Below are positions 1-10,590 of a stretch of 64,000 nucleotides of DNA, in pieces. Both the position numbers and the translations under genes were made by a program. The DNA lies in assembly GCF_964355755.1 (NCBI RefSeq), contig NC_092678.1, positions 23,763,365 to 23,827,364 on the forward strand. The letters run 5' to 3'. The stretch's first letter is position 1, and each line of letters begins with the position of its first letter. The notes beneath the pieces were generated by a model that was given only the letters and a program-made list of their open reading frames with translations, did no database searches and was not told the origin of the DNA. This DNA is from Antedon mediterranea. Taxonomy: Eukaryota > Animalia > Echinodermata.

Positions 1-3000
1 GTTAATTTTCGTGTCTAAGCCCTCCCTCTGAAGAGCACAGGCTATTGTCAGTTTATCCAGGTAAGCTAGGCATAAATGGAAATGACTAAATTAATCAACA
101 AGATTACATTTTTCCTATCTAAAAACCCATGCATCATCATGTAAAGGTTAAACGAAAAACTAAAGAATCTTTATTTACTGTAACTACTAATGTAGTGCTT
201 ACCAGAAATCTATTTGTACACCTGGGTGGAATGGAAGTAAAATGTCTTGCCTAAGGATAACATCAAAGGGTATATTTTGTTACCTTAGGTTGGACTTGTT
301 CAACGACAGCTATAGACTTAGCACCACCTGCCGCTCCTCTTATAGATTTTGTTGGTTTTGATCCCAATGAGTGCCAGCCATCATTAGGTTTTGCTTCCGT
401 ACTAGATGCTGAAAAAAAGAGAACAAAAATAGATTAAGAAAACTTTATCTTTAAAACCAGTCTCTCGTTTTTGGGAAAACAAAATATTAATCTAAAAAGC
501 AACTTACATTTTATAATTTGTTTTTCAAGAGATGTTTAAATTCTCTCTTTTTTTTTGGAAAAATAAAATAATCTAAAAAGTAACTTACATTTGATAATTT
601 GTTTTTCAAGAGAACTCCATTTTGTAGAGGTAGCTTTCTTTAGTTTAATTTCTAGCTTAGTTGACATTGCCTTGGATGTACACTTTTCAGGGATTATTTC
701 ATTACTATCATTGACAAAACAAAAATTAATTTGAAGAATAATTGCAGATATCTTTCAGTTTCAAAAAGTAAAAAGTAAACTTGTGCTTAGGTGTACAAAT
801 TATAAATCACAACTGGAGTTTCCTAACTGGAATTTCCCAACTGAAATTTCCCAACTGGAATTCCCAACTGGAATTCCCAACTGGACTTTCCCAACTGGAC
901 TTTCCTAACTGGACTTTCCCAACCGGACTTTCGCAATCAGAATTTCCTAACTGGACTTTCCCAACCAGACCTTCCTAACTGGACTCTCCAAAAACTGACC
1001 AATTATAGTCATACAAAACTTTTCTTCTTATTTTATTCTTTATATTTAAATTGAATTTAAGTTGTGATTTTTCGCATTGCGACTACTTCAATATTTTGTT
1101 TACCTTAGTTTTATTTTCCAGTGAAATACAGTACTTTCCGTTGTTCCCTCATACATTTTGAGGAAGTTTGGATCTCTGGCAAAATAAAATAATAAACTTA
1201 ACAAAAAGCTTAAAGAGATTGTGTCAAAATAATTCTACCGTTGCTGTTTTAAAAACGCCCTTTCTTTCAATTTAAATCATTTTATTTTAAGACGTACAAT
1301 TTGCTGCTCTTTCGTTATAACATACATAGAATAGAATTATTTTGACATGCACTCTAAAGGGTCATGTGATCAAATTATATGGCAGGATTAAAAGCAATTG
1401 TAAAAATAATCTGTAAAAATATATTCAAACAATAAAATAAAATAATATTTTATTTTTACAGAATACAGAAATAAACTAAATTAAAGCTGCATTTGCACTT
1501 GAACTGGTACAAATCTCAGGATGGGAATTATTACCACCGAGGACTTCATTGAGTGAATTTCACTATAACAGTAAAGCCTAACAAGTTAGCAAGCCTTGTA
1601 AAATTTACAGTGAAGCTCACTCTCTCTTTGGTTAGGAAAAGTATTGGCCTGTTAATACAGGACTTAATATGGTAAATCTTACCATAACAAATTCAGTATA
1701 GCTTAAGTTTTCTTAGAAATTTAATGTTACACAAGGATTAATATACCTGAAATGTTTTCAGAAAAACATGTTAATATTGAGACTTAAGCACTTACTTGGA
1801 AGAAAACTTAACATCAAGCTCTTCTTTTTCAAAGTTTACGTGAATTGTCTCATCAACAATTTTTTTGACAAAGACAGAAACAGAAACTGTGCCGTCACGC
1901 TGAAACAAAATATAAGTATTAGTAGCATAAATGAAGTATGAAGTCCAGCAATATAAATGGTAGGATTCAACAATGGATAAAGGTTATATACTTACTTCAT
2001 AGAAATCAGTTTTCACAAACTGAAGCTCAAACAAATGATCTGCAAAAAAAAAAAAATGTTAGTAACACTTTCTGACTGAACTGGCATATGATAAAAAAGC
2101 ACACACAGGGTTGTAATATTGCGCCACCATCTGACTGATTTCTGGATGTTTTTTGCTTTTAGATGGCTATTTTCAAGGATCTCAGAGCTCATTTTAAGTC
2201 AACATTATTCCTATTGTCACATTTTTCTTACATTTTTAGATTTCTTCTTTTTTGGTGGGTGACTTAAATTTAGAAACAGAACAACAAAATGATACCTGTT
2301 GTGTTGTCATCATCACTGTCTTGTTTTTCATCTGATTTCAGTAAATATGGCCATTCTTCCTTCATAGTCTGTTTATCAACTTGGATAATTAATAAATTAT
2401 CTTTACTTGATACCCTACATGTATTCTTCACTACCTTGTTAAAGAACTGGCAACCCCATACCAACTCCTCTGAAAAAGTAAAACATTTGAAGTTGTATGT
2501 TAAATAGTGTACATCATCAAAAGAGAAAATATGAAGCAGTGTGAATATCAACAAAGAGCATTCACTCACCACTGTAATTAATGCTTAATTGTTTACTCTA
2601 CCTTTGTATGTAATGCTTATATCTGTTTCTGTGACATTGATGACTAAATCAGGCTGGACATTCACTTTATCATTTACAGTCAGATGCATATACAATTGCT
2701 TCTCATCTTGGTCCCAGTTATAACCGAGGATAACTTTAAAAAAAATTAATTTGTTTTCAATATTTTATGTTGCAAAGGTTTTATAAAGACTTTATTAAAG
2801 TGTTTATGTGTGGGTTACCCTCTCTCAATCAATCAATTGAATTTGAATAACAGGTTTTATTTAATTAACATTTTTATTTTATTAGTACAGTTAGGCCTAG
2901 TTACTACTAAAAGGCGTTAGCCTAAGTAAATAAAGGCTATAATATAGGCCTAGTATATATTTAATATAAATAAAATTATTATTTACATTTAATAATATTA

Positions 3001-3112
3001 GGCCTATAGAAATTTAAAATAAATGTTTATTTCAGACAGTCACAGTATTAACAAAATAATTAGTATGCTTACCATTGTCAACTTCTAGGTCTTTCAGATC
3101 CAGCATAACCAT
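1..3112 (-). CDS. USP19: Ubiquitin carboxyl-terminal hydrolase 19-like, N-terminal two CS domains (partial; continues past left edge)
   Basis: In-phase exons 3073-3112, 2602-2733, 2296-2469, 1996-2039, 1796-1899, 1104-1175, 589-704, 284-408. Translation includes YNWDQDEKQLY..VWGCQFF..WPYLL (CS1) and FVKTDFYE..VSVFVKKI..DPNFLKMY..TVFHWKIKL..IIPEKC..KLEIKLKK..KWSSLE (CS2), matching recalled USP19 FVKNDSYEK..DGNFLRLH..FRWQVKLRNLIEPEQC. Confidence 0.85.
811..989. repeat. Minisatellite, about 13 copies of a 13-14 bp unit AACTGGA(C/A)TTTCC(C/T), in a USP19 intron
   Basis: Units read directly from the sequence. Confidence 0.9.
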
Positions 3113-4381
3113 TTTAACAAAGCTAGGCCGAATCCTCGGGCGTCCTATCGGATCACACAGATAATGTTCACAGCAACTGTTGCTTTATCAGCAGACAGGA
3201 ACTAGAAAATACAACAAACAACTCTAAGGCCTAGCCTAGCCTAGATTAAACCAACGCGTAACAGTCGAATAAACTTCATAAACAGGACATGACCTTGTTG
3301 TTGAACAGCAAAAATAGTATATTTAATTAATGAGACAGAAATTGTATAATTTAAAACGGATTTAAAGTATATTTACAGCTTTAAACTGCATCATTATCAC
3401 ATCAATTTTCATCAGACGACAAAAGTTAAACGTTCAATGAAGAAAGGTCAAATGTCATCAACTTTTTTTTATTCTTCTAGCGTCAACATTGAAACAGTAC
3501 AACAAAACGCATTCTTAATCTAAAGAGATTCCTGGAAATTAATATTAATTTTTTTTCTAATTCTGTACACGATTCCTTTTTTTATGTATAGGATAGAAAC
3601 TATTTCTAGATTTTTTTAAAAATAAAATATTAAGGAACTTTTCATTCGTCCACAACGCGTTTACAACGCGTTCAACCTTGGTTCAACGCCACACAAAAAT
3701 CACAGAGGGCGGTCTTCAGTTTCGGAATAAACCCAATATTTTGACAGTTTTTCACATTAAAAATGTATAAAACGTACAATTAAATATCAAAATAACATCA
3801 AATATAATTTTAGCATGTACCTAATAAATTTCATATCATAAAGCCCTACCGGGTGATACCGGGCCCTGTTTGACCCTACCGGGCGTAGATTGGTAAGTGT
3901 TGAGCGCGTGGTGTTTAGATTAGGAGAAACTTATTTATACATGCATGTGTACCTTCAGATTAATGAATTAATTAAGGCTTTAACATATTAAAATACTAAA
4001 AAAGAGCAATTGATGATATAGGTATTATTTTGTTTCCTATATATTGAGTATATTTGGTAAAATGTGTCTTTTTCGTATTCATAAAGGACTAGAACGCTGG
4101 GCCCTCAAGACTCATTGTTTAGAGTGGAAAATTAGAGGTTAATAGGCCAACCTGGGCCATGTTTGTTAGGCGACGCCCGCGAGAATCGAGGTGGAACACA
4201 GGCCTAGACTATATAGCCTCTAAAAATAGATATTACATACAATTACTTAGTTTTAAATACATTTGATTTACACTTTATAAACAATATATAATCAGATTTC
4301 AAGTTTTTTTTTTAATTGTTAAAAATACAATATTTTGTTTGCAATAAATATTTTATTTTGTAATTTTTGTAGAACTTTAAA

Positions 4382-5828
4382 ATGGCACAGCCTATTGAAC
4401 CGTATTTTCCATTGCACAGGGGCACACGTTTGAATTGGGATTTTAAGGTACTGTAAAACATGTTGCTTTACCAATTTTAAAATAACATTATTTTATTATA
4501 AATTATTATATTATGTGTGTAAAATGTTTCTTGACTCAAAAATCAGTTTGATTAGCAATTTTGCTAAACAAAGTTACAAAATGAAATTTTTCCCTGGTGT
4601 AAAATGATTATATACTATACTAAGCAATATAGATCTTTGTTATTTAGGTGAATCTAATTGGTGAGAAGGTTGAAGATCCCATGATTCATTGCTGTGAGAA
4701 ATGTAGCCTACCAATTTTAAGTTATGGTCGAATGGTAAGCTTTCTTTGATTTATAATTTGAAAATGCATTAAACAAGTGCTTTTAAATTTCTTTTATATT
4801 TTGTCTTTTACGAATTTCCATCAAGCGTTTCTTTTTTTTTCAGATTCCATGTAAACATGTGTTTTGCTTCAACTGTGCAAAAACAACTGATAAACATTGT
4901 TTAAGGTAAATTATACGAATTTTTTATTTATACTAACAAGGATAATTAAAATAATTAATAGATTTCAGTTACTCTAATTGAAAAATTGTTTTTTTTATTT
5001 TGTAGGTGTGGGGATCCTGTGCAGAGAATTGAACAGTCACCATTAGGCAGTATCTACGTATGTAATATCGGTGCCCCCAAACACAGTCCAAAGGGATGCA
5101 AACGGACTTATTTATCACAGCGAGACCTACAAGCCCATATTAACCACAGACATATGAAATCAGGGCATTCATCATCATCTAACAGAGCTTCAAAATCGTC
5201 CTCTAGTGTAGCACCCAGAGAAGCAGAATATACACCAACACAGCCTGATAGGTACCATCCAACTTCTACAATTGAACACTTGGGCTACAGCGATGTCTCC
5301 TCCCAACAAACTGATAACTACGCTATAAGCAGCATACCTGTAGTCACTGGTGGGCGACCATCAAATTTGATTACTGTCCAGCTGCAAGATGATAAAGAAT
5401 ACCACGAACCGAGAGATCCACGGACATACCAACCAGCAGCTCCACCTCCCCCACCACCAACACAGATTCATTATCCACCAAGTCAAGCCACGGCAGCTAT
5501 ACCACCACATCCCATCACACAGACGCCCTTCGCAACCCCACCACCAACGGCTGTACATAACCCTAGACAACAACCCCAGCCTGCTACTCATTACCCACCG
5601 CCGACGGCCGCACCTCATACACTCCCTCCTGTGCCTCATGTAGCCCCTGGATATGACCCCAGGTATGCCCCAGGTCAGCACCCATCTGAACCAAGCCCAA
5701 CTTTTCATAGTCCAACATCGGTAGCTCCAGGGTGGACGCACCCAGGGGTACCACCCCCAAGACTCCCTAGCGCCCTTCATTCACCACCTGCTGCAGACAA
5801 TGTCTATGGTTCAAATTATTATCAGTAA
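4382..5828 (+). CDS. CBLL1: E3 ubiquitin ligase Hakai (RING + HYB/C2H2, Pro-rich tail)
   Basis: Exons 4382-4447, 4648-4734, 4844-4905, 5006-5828 splice in frame: [73 protein letters not shown] probable 5' UTR exon ends near 3892 (donor gtaagt). Confidence 0.95.
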
Positions 5829-6211
5829 TGAGTTTGATAACATTTTGAAATATGAATTTGATGATGAGTATGTAGGTTGTATTCCCATAGCCTTTTACTG
5901 TTTTAAAGACAATTTGAAGACAAAATAATGTAGTAATCAAATGTTGTATACTAAATTGTAAACAGTCTTTAGAGAAACATGTAAGATGTACTGGAAAATA
6001 AAAAAACAAATGTAAAATTGCAAAACATTGTATAATTTCGGTTTATTGCAAGTTAATTTTAAATCAATTATTTTCCAAACTCTCGAAAGTATTAATGTAG
6101 TACTGTTTAAGAAGATTTGTGACAATCTGTTTATATTCTAAACCACATTTATAATTTCGAGATATAGGAATACACGTAATTTACGTACATTAGATATATT
6201 AGATATATATA

Positions 6212-6418
6212 TAATAATTTTGATATTGAAAATGTGTGTAGTTGGTCGCTTTCTTGTCGATGCTTTTATTGTAGAACGTAATTTATTTATTTTTCTCTGT
6301 TCTGGGTTGACCAACTAGCATGTGTTTAGCACCTGTTTGGTCTTTCCGTGCCTCCTTTTATAATTGTTTTGTCTTCTTTGTTATGTATATGGCAGAAATT
6401 GAATAATATTAAAAAAAA
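6212..6418 (+). repeat. About 200 bp dispersed repeat, probable LINE/SINE 3' tail with A-rich end
   Basis: Near-identical to 12991-13100 joined to 16518-16620. Ends in an A-rich tract. Absent from the homologous 3' flank of ALDH copy 2. Confidence 0.7.
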
Positions 6419-6511
6419 GCTTTTAAGGCACAAATCTGTATAGAACCTAGCATTATAGTACAGTACTGTATGCTTATACTTTAGTGGGAAATAATGACGT
6501 CATGATCATCT

Positions 6512-9500
6512 TTATAATCCACCGATGCAGACATACTTGATATGCAAGTATTCTTCTATTCCATACTTTGATCCTTCGATACCAATTCCAGATTCTTTCA
6601 CACCGCCAAACGGACCTTCGACACACGCCACTAAGGCCCCTTCGTTCACACCAAGGATCCCAACGTTTATCTTATCGGCTACGCGCCAAATTTGTTGGTG
6701 ATCGTTTGAATAGAAATAACCAGCTAATCCAGATCTGGTGTCGTTAGCAATGCGTGTAGCTTCTTCTTCTGTTTTGAACCTAAAAAGTGAAATTAACCAT
6801 TGCAATTTAACTTTGATTAAACGTCACCTATATCAGATCTACCAATTATGACAGTGTAAAGCCTTGCCTATACTATGTAAAACTGTATGTGTCAAAAAAC
6901 TGTCCGTATATGGACACGATGACGTCATATCACTACCATATTTACTACCATAATACTATTTTGATAGTGTATTAATGTCCATTGTGTGTGTAGTGTGTGT
7001 ACAAACCATACATGACTGCGCTTGTTAGAGCGTACACCGTCCTATATACCATATTCTTTGAACTTTACTATAGCCTACTCACTTTATAATGGCAGCCATT
7101 GGTGCGAATGTTTCTTCTGTGCAGAACAGCATGTCGGCGGTTGCATTAGATATGAGAGTTGGCTCAAAGAATGTTCCACCGAGTTTGTGTCTTTTTCCAC
7201 CAAGAAGGAGCTTACCACCGTTTGATAATGCGTTCTTTATGTGGTTTTCAACCTTTCAATATAATAAAATGATCAAATGTTTGGACAAGTTTACAAAAAT
7301 GTTGCTGCACGTTGTTTGTTTGGTTTTCATTTTATCAAAAACTTTACCTTTTCTACCGCCCGTTGGTTTATCAGCGGACCTACAGTACATTTAGCGTCAA
7401 AACCGTCTCCCACATGTAGTTGCTCTTTCATTGCTGCTACCACTTTCTCAACAAAGCTGTCATACATTTTTTCTTGAACAAGAATTCTGTTTGCAGAAAT
7501 ACACGTCTGAAAAGAAAAAGCACAAATCAGTCATATCTGCAAATATCTTGAACCGAAATGATTTAATTAAACATCGTTTTTTCCAAACATTGTGTCAAAG
7601 AGGATTCACCTGGCCGGAGTTTCTGAATTTGCAGACAATCAGACCAGCGACGGCGCGGTCAACATCAGCTGAATCGAACACAATAAATGGAGCATTTCCA
7701 CCAAGTTCCAACGAGAATTTCTTGACGGTACTTGCTCCTGTTTTTAACAGAATCTAGAGTAAAGAGAGAAGGATTTTGTAATTAGAATTTTAAAGTACCG
7801 AATAAGATTATCTAAGTCAATAAAAACTAAACAATAATTAATAACAATGAATTATATACCTTTCCAACAGCAGTTGAACCAGTAAACGAAATCTTTGCAA
7901 CAAGCGGGCTAGTACAAATGGCATTGCCAACTTTAGCAGCATTTTGTCTTGAACACGTGACTACGTTCAGGACTCCTGGTGGAAATCCTGCTTGCTCTCC
8001 AAGCTACAAAAACAAGTTGTATTTTTTTGTAGACTTAATCATGGAGGTATACCTCCATGACTTAATCAACATTGTAAACAAGAATATCAGGTATGGAATG
8101 GGACAGACAGACACATTAATTTGGATATATATGTACTTAGCATGCACCTTTGGTTTATGAATAGTTTAAGCATACCTCACACAAGGCTAAGGCAGAGAAG
8201 GGCGTATCCTCTGCTGGTTTTAGTACAACTGTACATCCAGCAGCCAAAGCGACTCCAGCTTTTCTAGTTACCATTGCATGAGGAACATTCCACTATAAAA
8301 AGATAATTGAGATACTTTATTGGATAGGTTCAAAGGAACCAAAGCTATATACTGTAGGCCATTTATTAGGCGTTTTTATTTTTCAAAAACATTAAATTTG
8401 GTTATTGCAAATGTTGTTGGTGTTGTTACTCGTCGACCTTTTCCATATTGTGAGAATGTAATCGCAAACAATTGGTAAAACAAAAACAAATTGAATAGCT
8501 GAAAAATGGTATGCCTGTGTATTGATTAACATTTTTATTACAAATAGACAGATCAGAACTTACAGGGGTAATCATTCCGGCGACTCCAATGGGTTGCTTG
8601 AAGGCAAATAACTTTCTTCCTTTTGCTGGAGTGGTTATTACGTCACCACAGACACGACGCGCTTCTTCAGCGAACCAATCAACGAACGATGCACCATTGT
8701 CAATCTCCAACATTGATTGTTTTAATGGTTTCCCCTTTCAACAAAAGCATCAATAAATGTTTACAATTCATTCAATTTCACAAGCAATTGTGAATTTTGT
8801 TTTTGTTGATGAATTAGGTTCATAGTACGATGAGTGACATGTAGGCCTACACACCACTATATACTTATCTTAATTCTTACCATTTCTTTAGTTAGTATCA
8901 CTGCCAATTCCTCCTTATGTTTGAGAATAAGGTCGTGCCATTTATGTAAGATTTGACATCGTTCCTAAAAATTATAGTCGGAAGAGTTAAGCCTATTCGT
9001 TGAAACATTATTACATAAAAAACTGAAAAAAAATACCAATCAAGTCCGCCTTTTTACAATGAATAGCAAATACAAGGTTGTGCCAAGTCATCACTGTTAC
9101 CTTTGCTGTTGTCTGCCTCCAGGTCTGAAAAGCCGCATCAGCCGCTGCGATCGCCTCATTGGTGTCTCCTTCAATCATATCAGGCACTTCGCCGACGATT
9201 TCTCCTGTCGACGGATTGATGACGACAAAAACGGTTCTATCCTTGGCGCTAATCCATTTGCCATTTACGTAGCATTTGTTTTTCAAAAGTGAGCTGTTAC
9301 GAATTAAATATTTCGTTATTATTATTTTGTATGGCATAAACAATAATGGTATGTTTGTGTACGTGTTTTATTAGTTTCGACGCCACAATAGCCAAATTCG
9401 ACGCGCGCGGCGTGCGTATCATTTTTACAGCTTTGAATGTGCTCGTCTAATATATTTTTAAATATTTGTGATACTCATTGATGAATGTATTAAAACCTAA

Positions 9501-9512
9501 CCTTACAGACAT
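6512..9512 (-). CDS. ALDH5A1: Succinate-semialdehyde dehydrogenase-like, copy 1 (divergent pocket), about 486 aa
   Basis: Exons 9502-9512, 9101-9293, 8881-8964, 8564-8734, 8176-8292, 7860-8003, 7610-7753, 7348-7506, 7083-7252, 6512-6779, all in phase with no stops. Motifs [51 protein letters not shown]. Choice of first exon is less certain. Confidence 0.9.
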
Positions 9513-9853
9513 GTTCCTATCTTTTCCAACTCACTGAACTAGAACCTAATGTTGTATGACAAAAGTATACACGTATAAATCATTTTATTGCAGTAGACTT
9601 ATTTAAATAAAGCAATAAAGAAAAAAAAAACTGAACTCCAGTTTCAGAATCAAAAGTGAGCTGTTATTGAATTATTTCGTTATTTTTGTATTGTATGGCA
9701 TTAATAATAATTGTATGATTTTGTGTCAAATTGGTTTCATCTCACTACGGAAACCTATTGGTTTAGGCCTACACATATAAAGTACCGTACTGCGCCAAAT
9801 ATTCTTTTATCTTTTGTGGAGAAATTTAATTCATGATGTATTACAGATCTTAC

Positions 9854-9915
9854 CTTAGAGACATGTTTCTAGTATGTCCAACTCGCATGAGACCAGGACC
9901 TTTGCCGTATGACAT
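9854..9915 (-). other. Orphan diverged ALDH5A1 first exon (MSYGKGPGLMRVGHTRNMSL) with a relic exon-2 acceptor at about 9651-9720
   Basis: Homologous to the first exons at 9502-9560 and 17311-17365. Ends in AG|gtaag, the same phase as those exons. 9651-9720 repeats 9284-9353. Confidence 0.6.
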
Positions 9916-10590
9916 TGCATTGTCAAAAGTTAAAGTACACGTATAAATAATTGATAATATATAATATAATTTTATACCACCATTAGAATTAATCAAACGA
10001 AGGGTACTCGTCTATAAGGGTATCTTAAGCCAGATAAGAAAATCACGACTTTATAATAATATGGGCTGATAGAGCTGCAAATGGCATTGTGAGAGAAACA
10101 AAATTAATTTGTATTAGGTTTATCGAATTAAACAAAGTTAACTGAAGGCCTGTTTCAAGTACAGTAATTACAAAGTATAAAATGGTTTTGAATTTGTAGA
10201 AGTTGCAAATGGTCTCAATAACAGTGTGTGAGGCGTTTGTTACTTATTAGACATACCACTGATTGATCATACGTTCACACAATAAACAAGAAGTTAAATT
10301 GCAAAACAAATATTCTGTTTGTTGCAACTTACTTGATAGATATGACTATCGATATTTCGGATCCAGATGGGGAAATAACGTACGTTCACAAACTTATCAT
10401 TAAAACACTTTAGTAACAAAAACAAATATTGTACTATTTTCTGTTTATTTGCAATTTAATTTAAAATATCAAATTATTTCTAACGATTTTTTTTAAAGAT
10501 CAACCGGAATACACATTAATCATGAAGTTGAGACACAGATCTGTTTAGAACCTAGAATTGTAGTTGAAGATAATGACGTCATGATCATCT

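Noticed and set aside
1-265. Additional USP19 exon
   Set aside because: The sequence (TACACCTGGGTGGA..TGTCTTGCCTAAGG) looks like an eroded SINE core and gives no supported reading frame.
781-978. 65-aa repetitive ORF
   Set aside because: Translation of the 14-bp minisatellite, antisense within a USP19 intron.
5361-5780. Antisense and alternative-frame ORFs over Hakai exon 4
   Set aside because: Shadow ORFs of Pro-rich coding sequence.
7022-8160. Plus-strand ORFs over ALDH exons (also 11188-11639)
   Set aside because: Antisense shadows of the minus-strand ALDH exons.
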